Positions 1-8,721 are shown, counted from the first letter of the stretch. The stretch: 10,746 nt of DNA from Candidatus Micrarchaeota archaeon (GCA_043816005.1 JBDRIM010000046.1:1-10746), one strand, 5' to 3'. Notes: generated by a model from the letters alone, not told the origin. A program made the numbers and translations.

Positions 1-1506
1 CAATATCATAAACATTTCACTAATTTATCTCAAGTTGCAAAACGAGACACCGAAGCAGCACTTGAACTTATTCAAGATGATGTGTACAGAAAAATATTCA
101 TTGAACATCCCACATTATTCATTGGAGTATTTAAGTGTGACGAAAAAATCCGAGATGAAATAATGGGGTCGCTCAAGTCTGGCGTTGTGCAATTATCAAG
201 TGCAATTGTAGCTACAATCTCGAAATATGATCATGTGGCAATTGAGCTCGGTAGATTTCTTGATGAGCTCCATGAGGATACTCCAGCAAGATTAGTATAT
301 TTAGAATCACTTACAAATGAAGAAGTTGTTGGTTTATTGTGTTCTAATCCTGAATTTTTTTATACCTCTTCAAACCATCTTTTATTTGATAGACTGAAAA
401 AAATGTTGGGTGAAAAAGGTATTGCTCATTTTAAAGATACATATGGACTAAACGATGAACAATTGCGGAATTTTGTTTTCAGAGCAGTCACATATGATAG
501 GATAGGTGACTTTATTTCTAAGGAAAATCAAGAACCTGACACACAACTTATTGTGCATACGATCATAGGATCACAAGAAAATAAAACTGGGATTTATGCA
601 GATGTTTTTGATGAAAAATACTATTATTCCATGGCAAATGGGATTAGTGCATTGAGTAAATATACCCCACAGATTAAGGGGGAAATAGAGCGACGTGTTC
701 AAGAACTATCTATCCTTAAAAATCCCACTTCTAATCAGACGAGTATTATTGCTGCTCTTACATATGTGCAATTTATGCTAACTGGCAATTCTCATGGGGA
801 TCAACTTTTGGAGAGTGTAGCAGATGCAGCAACTTATGATAGAAAAGATTATAGGGGTAGAGACGGAAAAGTTACGGTTGTTCAGATTTTTGATAAGGCG
901 GATACTGAAGTATACCACTGGGGTGCGAGTAAAGATTGGTTCCAGAAACAATTCGGAACTGCACCTAAAAAAGGACCTAATGGCGAATTGATATTTGAGA
1001 ATTCCACTACGCGAGTAGTCTTATTTATGGGAAAAGAAGACGAAACAAACGTTAATTTTATTACAAACTGGATTGCTGCACATGAAACTGGGGTTATAAC
1101 CTTCCGTGGGCATAGTTATAGTCTTCAAGGAAACATGCCACCTAGTATTTTTGGTAATCGAAAAGGAAGATATGTTTTCATTCCTGGAAGTTGTGGAAGC
1201 GCAGGAAGCGTTCCTGAGTATATTTATTCAAATCCAAATACTCAAGTGAGGTTTTTTAGTAATACATCCACGGGAAGAGGGCAGGTTACAAACGTTTTAG
1301 TTAGTCTATTAACAACCCAGGTTACTCCAGCTGCATTTTCTTCAATATTACAACGAGGAACTAAACATATCCGTGCTGCTGGTGGCGATATTACTCAAAT
1401 AAAAGTATTCAACAATGGTGAGGCAATGTTATACTATATCATGGCATCCAAACAAGCTCAACTAGATGCCTCGATACGTGAAGGGTCAACAGAGCGCCCA
1501 GGATAG
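1..1506 (+). CDS. Hypothetical protein (5'-partial), C-terminal domain with candidate caspase/gingipain-like (clan CD) His-Cys motifs
   Basis: The frame is open from base 1 (QYHKHFTNLSQVAKRDTEAALELIQDDV...), so the GTG at 82 is probably internal; stop TAG at 1504-1506. Motifs VITFRGHSY (His 1111-1113) and YVFIPGSCG (Cys 1192-1194). The CDS is well supported; the function is inference. Confidence 0.8.
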   Translation, partial: QYHKHFTNLSQVAKRDTEAALELIQDDVYRKIFIEHPTLFIGVFKCDEKIRDEIMGSLKSGVVQLSSAIVATISKYDHVAIELGRFLDELHEDTPARLVYLESLTNEEVVGLLCSNPEFFYTSSNHLLFDRLKKMLGEKGIAHFKDTYGLNDEQLRNFVFRAVTYDRIGDFISKENQEPDTQLIVHTIIGSQENKTGIYADVFDEKYYYSMANGISALSKYTPQIKGEIERRVQELSILKNPTSNQTSIIAALTYVQFMLTGNSHGDQLLESVADAATYDRKDYRGRDGKVTVVQIFDKADTEVYHWGASKDWFQKQFGTAPKKGPNGELIFENSTTRVVLFMGKEDETNVNFITNWIAAHETGVITFRGHSYSLQGNMPPSIFGNRKGRYVFIPGSCGSAGSVPEYIYSNPNTQVRFFSNTSTGRGQVTNVLVSLLTTQVTPAAFSSILQRGTKHIRAAGGDITQIKVFNNGEAMLYYIMASKQAQLDASIREGSTERPG

Positions 1507-1521
1507 TTTTGGTTGTTTTTT
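1507..1521 (+). terminator. Putative oligo-T (archaeal-type) terminator
   Basis: TTTTGGTTGTTTTTT directly after the stop, in the 30-bp gap between convergent genes; no GC hairpin. Confidence 0.35.
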
Positions 1522-1536
1522 AAGTGTTAAATCCCT

Positions 1537-2856
1537 CTATTTTTTCACTAAATGAATTGCACTTCCATCTGCAGCTCTCACTGCTTCCTGAAATGCTTCA
1601 GGAAAAGTCGGATGGGCGTGGATAGTTTTTGAAATTATTTCAACAGATGCCTTAAGCTTTACTGCCAATGCTGCTTCAGCTATAAGGTCACTTGCATGCG
1701 GTCCAGCGATAACAGTTCCAATTACTATCTCATCTTTGATAAAGACTTTGACAAAACCTGTTCTTTCACCAGAGGCAGTTGCTCTGCCCAACGCAGCAAA
1801 TGGAAACGTTCCCACGTTCGCATCTATACCCGAGGTATCCCCAACCATTGCAATTTCCGGTGCAGTAAAAATACATGAAGGTACCATTCCTCCATATTCC
1901 GAGTTCAATCCGGCAATGTTTTCTGCAGCAATTATCCCCTGTTCACTTGCTACATGGGCTAGTCCTCCACCGACAACATCACCAACGGCGTAAATATTTG
2001 AAATATTAGTTCTAAGATGCGAATCAATTCCAATTCCTTTTTTTGTTGTTACCAAACCTAATTTTTTTACATCCTCTCCAATATTTGCTCGTTTGCCAAT
2101 CGCTACTATGACTAAATCTGCATCATATCTCTGGCCAGCTGCAAAGACAATCCCCTCTTCAATTTTTTCAACTTTGGTTCCTGTTAAAACTTTGACACCA
2201 AGACCAACAAGGCTTTTTGTTACGACTTCTGATGCTTCTTTATCTACCAAACTTATTAGTCGTTCAAACATTTCTATTACAATGACGTCAATGCCAAATG
2301 AACTCAATATTGCTGCGTATTCTACTCCTTCCACTCCACCGCCAATAATAACTACTGATTTTGGTACAGTTTCAAGGTGAACTAATTCTTCTCCAGAAAT
2401 GATTTTCCCCCCAAACTCTACTCCTGGCAAATTAAATGGCAGGCCTCCAGTTGCAATAACAATATTTTTTGTCTCAAATTTTTGTTCCCCAACTTTGACA
2501 ATAGTTGGCGTTTCAATTATTGCTTCGCCATGAACCATTTCTATTCCATCATTTTTCAAAAGTAATTTTACTCCCTGTGAAACAATAGATGCTGCAGTTC
2601 TTGCCTTTTTTACTGCAGCCAAAAAATCAAATTCAACATGTCCAATTTTTATGCCTGATGAATTCGCAGTTTTTATTTTTCTTGCTAATTCTGCCGAGTT
2701 CGCAAGTGATTTTGTTGGAATGCATCCAACATTGGCACACACCCCACCCATATTTTCTTTTTCTATTACTATTGTCTTCAAACCCAGCTGTGATGCTCTT
2801 ATGGCACAACTATATCCGCCCGGGCCTCCACCGATAATAACCACATCATAAACCAT
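1537..2856 (-). CDS. lpdA: Dihydrolipoamide dehydrogenase (glycine cleavage L-protein)
   Basis: FAD-binding GGGPGG, redox disulfide GGVCANVGCIPTK, NAD site GGGVEGVE, second FAD motif TNISNIYAVGD, C-terminal HAHPTFPE His-Glu pair; last gene of the gcv operon, with only 1 nt between the lipA stop and its ATG. Confidence 0.95.
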   Translation of the reverse strand: MVYDVVIIGGGPGGYSCAIRASQLGLKTIVIEKENMGGVCANVGCIPTKSLANSAELARKIKTANSSGIKIGHVEFDFLAAVKKARTAASIVSQGVKLLLKNDGIEMVHGEAIIETPTIVKVGEQKFETKNIVIATGGLPFNLPGVEFGGKIISGEELVHLETVPKSVVIIGGGVEGVEYAAILSSFGIDVIVIEMFERLISLVDKEASEVVTKSLVGLGVKVLTGTKVEKIEEGIVFAAGQRYDADLVIVAIGKRANIGEDVKKLGLVTTKKGIGIDSHLRTNISNIYAVGDVVGGGLAHVASEQGIIAAENIAGLNSEYGGMVPSCIFTAPEIAMVGDTSGIDANVGTFPFAALGRATASGERTGFVKVFIKDEIVIGTVIAGPHASDLIAEAALAVKLKASVEIISKTIHAHPTFPEAFQEAVRAADGSAIHLVKK

Positions 2857-2857
2857 G

Positions 2858-3742
2858 TCATTTCCTCTTCTTGATTAAATTTTTTGCAATTAGCTCAGCT
2901 GCCTTATAAGAACTACGGACAAACGGTCCAGAAATTACTGCACCAAATCCTTTTTTCATCCCAATTTTTTCAAATTCTAAAAACCGTTCCGGTGTTACAT
3001 ACTCTTTTACTGGGAGGCAAATTTTACTTGGTCTCAAATACTGTCCAATAGTCAAAATGTCTACGTTTGCCAGTAGTACATCATCCATTGCTTGTTCAAT
3101 TTGTTCTTGAGTTTCACCAAGACCAACCATAATTGAAGATTTTGTGATTAATTTTGAATTTATTTTTTTTGCATTTGCAAGAACTGTTAATGATTGTTCA
3201 TAATTCGCTCTTCTATCTCTTGCAATTTTTTGAAGTTCTTTAACAACTTCAATATTATGTCCCAAAACATCCAAGTCAGTTTTTACTACTTGTTCCAATG
3301 CTGTTCTATCTCCTCTGAAGTCTGGTATAAGTGCCTCAACAACAACTGGACTATTTTTTTTTATTGCAGAAATAGTTTCTGCAATGTGTACAGATCCTTG
3401 ATCTGGAAGATCGTCCCTATCAACAGAAGTTATCACTACATATTTTAGTTTGAGATTTTTTACTGCGGCTGCAATTTTTTTTGGTTCATTTTTATCTAAT
3501 GGAAGACCCCTCACAGCAGTTGGAGTGTTGCAAAATCTACATCCTCGTGTGCAAACATTTCCCATTATCAAAAATGTTGCAGTTCCAACACTCCAACATT
3601 CCCCTCTATTCGGGCATTTTCCGGATTCACAAATCGTGTGAAGTCCATTTATCTTTAATGTGTCAGAAACTTTGTTGAAAAGTTCTAATTGTTTGCCAGA
3701 AGGGGCACGTATTTTGAGCCATGGTGGTAATGTACAGACCAT
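2858..3742 (-). CDS. lipA: Lipoyl synthase (radical SAM)
   Basis: Auxiliary-cluster motif CESGKCPNRGEC (CX4CX5C), radical SAM motif CTRGCRFC (CX3CX2C), TSVDRDDL, GQYLRPS and C-terminal VRSSY. Confidence 0.97.
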   Translation of the reverse strand: MVCTLPPWLKIRAPSGKQLELFNKVSDTLKINGLHTICESGKCPNRGECWSVGTATFLIMGNVCTRGCRFCNTPTAVRGLPLDKNEPKKIAAAVKNLKLKYVVITSVDRDDLPDQGSVHIAETISAIKKNSPVVVEALIPDFRGDRTALEQVVKTDLDVLGHNIEVVKELQKIARDRRANYEQSLTVLANAKKINSKLITKSSIMVGLGETQEQIEQAMDDVLLANVDILTIGQYLRPSKICLPVKEYVTPERFLEFEKIGMKKGFGAVISGPFVRSSYKAAELIAKNLIKKRK

Positions 3743-3756
3743 TATTACGCCTTTAT

Positions 3757-5166
3757 TTATTCAGATTGCCATCTAAGATTTGGTTTTCTTGCAGCAAGAA
3801 CACCATCTACTCTTCCCACGGGGGTGTTTACTGGGGCGTTGTGTAATTTTTCTGGATTAGTTTTTGATTCAGTTGCAATTTTTTTCATTGTCTCTACAAA
3901 AGCATCTAAAGTTGCTTTACTTTCAGTTTCATTAGGCTCAATCATAATCGCTTCCTTTACTATTAATGGAAAATATATTGTCGGTGCATGATAGCCATAA
4001 TCCAGAAGTTGTTTTGCAATATCCATAGTATGCACTCCATATTCCATCTGTTTACTTGCAGAGAGTACAAACTCATGACAACATATTCTATCATATGGTA
4101 ATTCATAATCCTCCTTCAAAAGAACCATGAGATAATTTGCATTTAAAACTGCTGTTTCAGAGACATTTCGCAATCCCGGTCCCTGACTTCTTATATATGC
4201 ATATGCACGCACAATAACCCCAAAATTACCCCAAAAAGCTTTGACTTTACCAATTGAGTTGTTATCATAATTAAATGAATAAATCCCATTATTTTCAACC
4301 ACTCTTGGGTTAGGTAAATATTTCTCAAGTTCTTTTGACACACCAATAGGTCCAGATCCTGGTCCTCCACCACCATGTGGTGTAGAAAAAGTTTTGTGGA
4401 GGTTAATATGCATCATATCAAAGCCTTGATCATGAGGCCTGGTAATTCCCATCATTGCATTTAGATTTGCACCATCACAATACAATAATGCACCAGCAGC
4501 ATGAACTATCTCTGCAATTTTTTGAATATTCTCGTCGAATAAACCAAGAGTACTTGGGTTTGTGATCATTACTAAAGCAGTGTTACTGTCAACTGCTTTT
4601 TTCAGTTCTTCAAGGTCAACATCCCCCCTATTATTGCTTTTTATCTCAACTACTTCAAAACCACACATTGCGGCACTTGCAGGATTAGTACCATGAGCGC
4701 TATCTGGCAATACTACCTTATTTCGTTTTCCTTCGAAATGTTTTTTTGCTATCATACAACAGGCAAGTTCGCCATGCGCTCCTGCTGCTGGTTGGAGACT
4801 AAATGCAGCAAATCCAGTAATCTCACAAAGATATTTTTCAAGTTCATAAATAAGTTGAAGGGCTCCCTGCACATGAGTTTCAGGTGTAAGTGGGTGAAGT
4901 TCAGCAAATCCCGCCAAACGGCACAAATCTTCATTTATTTTTGGATTATATTTCATTGTGCAACTACCAAGGGGGTAGAATCCTGTGTCAACACCATAAT
5001 TTTTACGAGATAATCCTGTAAAATGCCTTACTACATCTACTTCACTTACATTTGGAATTGGTAATTCAGTTCGTAAAAGTTCCTTTGGTAAATTTATGTC
5101 TATGTGTTCCACTGGCACGTGATCAGTTGTCTTACTATTCAGTTCAAATATTAGTTTCATAGACAT
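3757..5166 (-). CDS. gcvPB: Glycine dehydrogenase (decarboxylating) subunit 2, P-protein beta
   Basis: [34 protein letters not shown]-lysine motif [26 protein letters not shown]. Start at 5166 (GGTGA 4 nt upstream); alternative ATG at 5160 forms an ATGA overlap with the gcvPA stop. Confidence 0.97.
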   Translation of the reverse strand: MSMKLIFELNSKTTDHVPVEHIDINLPKELLRTELPIPNVSEVDVVRHFTGLSRKNYGVDTGFYPLGSCTMKYNPKINEDLCRLAGFAELHPLTPETHVQGALQLIYELEKYLCEITGFAAFSLQPAAGAHGELACCMIAKKHFEGKRNKVVLPDSAHGTNPASAAMCGFEVVEIKSNNRGDVDLEELKKAVDSNTALVMITNPSTLGLFDENIQKIAEIVHAAGALLYCDGANLNAMMGITRPHDQGFDMMHINLHKTFSTPHGGGGPGSGPIGVSKELEKYLPNPRVVENNGIYSFNYDNNSIGKVKAFWGNFGVIVRAYAYIRSQGPGLRNVSETAVLNANYLMVLLKEDYELPYDRICCHEFVLSASKQMEYGVHTMDIAKQLLDYGYHAPTIYFPLIVKEAIMIEPNETESKATLDAFVETMKKIATESKTNPEKLHNAPVNTPVGRVDGVLAARKPNLRWQSE

Positions 5167-6425
5167 GATTTCACCACATTTAGAAATTCAGTTAAGTCAT
5201 CTTGACTAAGCATCTCAGTACAACACAAAAGCCATCTATTGTTTCCAAGATCTACCCCGCCCAAAAATCCATTTTCTAATAATGTGTCATTTAGTTTTTT
5301 CACATCAACTGGACTAGTTACAACAAATTCATTGTAGAATTGTTGGTTCTCAGGTGCAAATCCAATCCCAATAAGTTGTCTTTGTAATTCATGGGCCTGT
5401 TTACAAGAGAGCCCTGCAACTTGCCGTAAGCCTGTTGATCCAAGCAACGAAAGATATATGACTGCAGCTAATGCGTTTAATCCTTGATTTGAACATATAT
5501 TACTTGTTGCTCTCTCTCTTTTGATGTGTTGTTCTCTTGCCTGTAGTGTTAAAATAAACGCTTTTTGTCCTCTTGTATCAACACTCATTCCACATAATCT
5601 TCCAGGAATTTTTTTTACAAATTCAGTCTTGACTGCCATAAACCCTCCGGTTGGTCCTCCAAAACTCATAGGGTTTCCAAATGCTTGTAATTCTCCAACA
5701 ACCACATCAGCATTAAATTCGCCTGGCGGTTTTAGTACTGCTAAACTAGTTGGATCAGATATAACCACAACAAACAAAGCACCTGCAGCATGAGTTTTTT
5801 TCTCCAATTCACTCAAATCCTGAACACTTCCATGATAATCTGGATTCTGAACAACAACACAAGAAGTTTCCTGACTTATATCATTTGTGCCATATTTAAT
5901 CCCAAAATCTCCTGCCTTTGCATAAGTCTCAAGTGTTGTTTTATATTGCGGATTTATCTCTCCAACAAGTACAATTTCTTTACGTCCATTAGCCGCTCTA
6001 CTTAAGATTGCAGCTTCTGCAATAGCAGTTGCGCAATCATACATACTGGCATTTGCAGCATCCATTCCCGTCAGCTGAGAGATCATAGTTTGGAATTCGT
6101 ATATCGCTTGTAAAGTTCCTTGACTGACTTCAGGCTGGTACGGTGTGTATGCTGTGAAAAATTCTCCTCTCAATAGCATATGATTTACTGCAGAAGGTAT
6201 ATAGTGATGATACGCACCAGCACCACGGAAGTTTTTCAAAATAACATTTTTATCAGCCAAAAATTTCACATGTTTAGTAAGTTCCAGTTCGCTAAGTGCT
6301 TTTGGTAGATTTAATTCTCTCCCAAGTTTTGGTTTCATGGCAGCAACTAATTCATCCAAACTAGAAACCCCGATGCGTGCCAACATCTGCTTCCTATCGT
6401 CATCTGTTTGTGGAATAAAATTCAT
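5157..6425 (-). CDS. gcvPA: Glycine dehydrogenase (decarboxylating) subunit 1, P-protein alpha
   Basis: [61 protein letters not shown] overlap with the gcvH stop (6422-6425). Confidence 0.97.
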   Translation of the reverse strand: MNFIPQTDDDRKQMLARIGVSSLDELVAAMKPKLGRELNLPKALSELELTKHVKFLADKNVILKNFRGAGAYHHYIPSAVNHMLLRGEFFTAYTPYQPEVSQGTLQAIYEFQTMISQLTGMDAANASMYDCATAIAEAAILSRAANGRKEIVLVGEINPQYKTTLETYAKAGDFGIKYGTNDISQETSCVVVQNPDYHGSVQDLSELEKKTHAAGALFVVVISDPTSLAVLKPPGEFNADVVVGELQAFGNPMSFGGPTGGFMAVKTEFVKKIPGRLCGMSVDTRGQKAFILTLQAREQHIKRERATSNICSNQGLNALAAVIYLSLLGSTGLRQVAGLSCKQAHELQRQLIGIGFAPENQQFYNEFVVTSPVDVKKLNDTLLENGFLGGVDLGNNRWLLCCTEMLSQDDLTEFLNVVKSCL

Positions 6426-6793
6426 TTACTCAAGCCTTCGAGATATTTTTTATATTCTTCTTCACTCATTAAACCATCCAATTCACTTACATTAGTTGGT
6501 TTGAGTTTTGCCATCCACCCTTTTTCTTGTGGTGATTCATTTACCCATTGTGGATTTGCGTCTAATTCGTTGTTTACCTCTAGGACTTCACCAGAAAGGG
6601 GAGAATATATCTCGCTGCTTGCTTTCATACTATCAACAACACCAAGTGATTGGCCTTGTTTTACAGTGCTCCCTACTTTTGGTAGGTCAAGAGAAACAAT
6701 ATCTCCAAGTGCTTTTTGTGCGTAATCACTAATGCCAACAAAGGCAACTTCTCCCTTTATATTTACCCATTCGTGTTCCTTAGTAAATTTCAT
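6422..6793 (-). CDS. gcvH: Glycine cleavage system H protein (lipoyl carrier)
   Basis: KFTKEHEW, GISDYAQKALGDIV, lipoyl-lysine motif VDSMKASSEIYSP (Lys 6623-6625), VNESP..KGWM. ATG at 6793 preferred; the ORF track extends to an in-frame TTG at 6802. Confidence 0.96.
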   Translation of the reverse strand: MKFTKEHEWVNIKGEVAFVGISDYAQKALGDIVSLDLPKVGSTVKQGQSLGVVDSMKASSEIYSPLSGEVLEVNNELDANPQWVNESPQEKGWMAKLKPTNVSELDGLMSEEEYKKYLEGLSK

Positions 6794-6830
6794 AGCTCCC
6801 AACTCTCAGAATTTTAATATAAAGAATATA

Positions 6831-7907
6831 TTATAGTCTTTTGTAAAATCGATGGCTGCAGGTCTTTGCTGGATAAAATTTATCGCGAATTTTTATTTCA
6901 ACTTTTGAATCGTCAGTTATATCTGCCGGTACAAAACAAAAACCAATCGGTTTTTTTAACGACGGTGAAAACGTACCACTTGTAACCAAATCAAATTTCT
7001 CTCCATTAACAAAAACGTCATTTCCATGTCTTGGTACTGCTTTTTCTAATAATTCAAAACCAACAATTTTGCGTTTTGGTGGTGTTGCGAGTAATTTTTG
7101 TTTGCCGATAAAATCTCCCTTATCTGGTTTAACTGTCCATCTAAGTGGTGCTTCATATGGTGTAACATCATCAGTGATATCATTACCATAAAGCATAAGC
7201 CCTGCCTCAAGCCGTAATGTATCTCTTGCACCAAGTCCACATGGTTTTATACTAAATTCTTTTCCTGCGTCCATAAGCGCATTCCATATCTTTTCCATAT
7301 CCTCAGCAGCTGCATATATCTCAAACCCATCTTCACCAGTATATCCAGTTCTTGATACAAGAGCAGTTGCTGATGCTACTATTATCTCTGCAAATCTAAA
7401 GAATTTTATTGTGCTAAGATCAAAATCAGTTATTTTTTGTAAAGTTACTTGTGCTTTTGGGCCTTGAAGTGCAATCTCTCCGGTTTTTTCACTAATATTT
7501 TCAAGTTCGGCTCCCATACTATTCTTTTGCATCCATGCAAAGTCCTTATCCGTGTTAGATGCATTCACTACTATGTAAATGTTATCTGCAGCTTTTCTAT
7601 ACACTAACAAATCATCTACAATTCCAGCATTTTCATTACACATTGGTGAGTATACGCACTGGCCATCTACGGCCTTACCAACGTCGTTGGTAACTAAATT
7701 CTGAATAAATTTCAGAGCATTCGGTCCTTTAGCTGTAACTTCGCCCATATGTGAAACATCAAAAATTCCAACTGCATTTCGCACTGCATTATGTTCTTCT
7801 AAAATTCCAGTATACTGTACTGGCATCTCCCAACCACCAAAATCAACTAATTTTGCTCCCAAAGCACTATGGGCAGTGTATAATGGTGTGCGTTTCAAAT
7901 CAGTCAT
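6831..7907 (-). CDS. gcvT: Glycine cleavage system aminomethyltransferase T protein
   Basis: LKRTPLY, FGGWEMPVQY, EHNAVR..GIFDVSHMGE, GIVDDL, ALQGP, SRTGYTGEDGFE, GLGARDTLRLEAG. Confidence 0.97.
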   Translation of the reverse strand: MTDLKRTPLYTAHSALGAKLVDFGGWEMPVQYTGILEEHNAVRNAVGIFDVSHMGEVTAKGPNALKFIQNLVTNDVGKAVDGQCVYSPMCNENAGIVDDLLVYRKAADNIYIVVNASNTDKDFAWMQKNSMGAELENISEKTGEIALQGPKAQVTLQKITDFDLSTIKFFRFAEIIVASATALVSRTGYTGEDGFEIYAAAEDMEKIWNALMDAGKEFSIKPCGLGARDTLRLEAGLMLYGNDITDDVTPYEAPLRWTVKPDKGDFIGKQKLLATPPKRKIVGFELLEKAVPRHGNDVFVNGEKFDLVTSGTFSPSLKKPIGFCFVPADITDDSKVEIKIRDKFYPAKTCSHRFYKRL

Positions 7908-8067
7908 AAACTCACTTCACTTATCTTCTATGAAAATGATTTTATATCTGTCAGTTATCATATCAAAATATACTCACAAAACCCAATTAGAAATAACATA
8001 TATACTTAAATACTTTAGTTCAGATAAATTAGTACTTATGTAGTTAGACCTACCCATCAGTGATACT
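7908..8067. promoter_or_regulatory. Divergent promoter region (gcv operon / HAD gene)
   Basis: 160-bp AT-rich gap between divergent starts. TATA-like ATATAAAA on the minus strand (7947-7940), TATA-like TTAAATA on the plus strand (8006-8012), and GTGA 4 nt before both ATGs. Exact promoter elements are uncertain. Confidence 0.55.
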
Positions 8068-8697
8068 ATGAAAAATATACTTAATATGCCAGCAGAAGTA
8101 CTGGCCCTTGACGTAAATGATACTTTAATCATGCGTGGCGTAGATGCCGGGTTAGTGCCTGTGACTAACTGTTTACCTGATGCTCTAGCCGAAGCTCAAC
8201 ACACAATGAAGTTGTTTTTAGCATCTAACCATACTCATGCTGCAGCTGTTCAATTTCTTGATCAAGCAGGGATTCCTACTCACTTATTCACTGCACCATC
8301 AACATCACATGATAGTTTACCCTCCCATATATTTCGTGCTGTTTTTAGTTCTCATCCAGATGCTATTGATAGTGATGCATACGGCAAAGTCATTGGGATG
8401 TATCATATGCTTGCAACTCTTGGTATTACAGAGGAACATATCTTGGAAGCAATCTCAGGTAAAAGACGATTTGAGCATGTTGTAAGCTTTGGTGATAGTC
8501 ATACTGATAGGCTTGCAGCTGATGTTTTTGGTTTTAGACATGGAAACGTTACTCAACTTGGTGAGGGGCATACGTTGAGCTCAGTTGTCAGAGGCATTCA
8601 TCACGCAAATTCCAAGTACGAAGGGCCTAAATGGCTTGCAGCTGGAAGGCCAATTCAATCTACTATTTCTGGTCCATCAAAAATGGCAAGGGCTTAA
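8068..8697 (+). CDS. HAD-superfamily hydrolase-like protein (atypical motif I)
   Basis: Motif I-like VLALDVNDTL, motif II-like LFLASN, possible motif III Lys (AYGK), motif IV VSFGDSHTDRLAA; AGTGAT upstream of the ATG. Confidence 0.75.
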   Translation: MKNILNMPAEVLALDVNDTLIMRGVDAGLVPVTNCLPDALAEAQHTMKLFLASNHTHAAAVQFLDQAGIPTHLFTAPSTSHDSLPSHIFRAVFSSHPDAIDSDAYGKVIGMYHMLATLGITEEHILEAISGKRRFEHVVSFGDSHTDRLAADVFGFRHGNVTQLGEGHTLSSVVRGIHHANSKYEGPKWLAAGRPIQSTISGPSKMARA

Positions 8698-8721
8698 TAA
8701 TTTTTTTATAGATATTTTTTT

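Noticed and set aside
82..84. GTG start of the first ORF
   Set aside because: The frame is open back to base 1 with no stop and no ribosome-binding site, so the gene probably starts outside the window.
1537..2856. Mercuric reductase or glutathione reductase identity
   Set aside because: There is no C-terminal Cys-Cys pair; the HAHPTFPE motif and the gcv/lipA context fit lipoamide dehydrogenase.
1696..6732. Short alternative ORFs overlapping lpdA, lipA, gcvPB, gcvPA and gcvH (e.g. 1736-1993, 2093-2380, 4693-5013, 5521-5793, 6408-6725)
   Set aside because: They lie antisense or out of frame within well-conserved genes and have no recognisable motifs; they are typical shadow ORFs.
7908..8067. 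Glycine riboswitch or other structured ncRNA upstream of gcvT
   Set aside because: The region is very AT-rich, with no GGAGA/CAGG aptamer cores on the minus strand and no stable stems visible.
8237..8485. 82-aa out-of-frame ORF inside the HAD gene
   Set aside because: It is nested on the same strand in another frame of a gene whose HAD motifs lie on both sides of it, and there is no sign of a frameshift.
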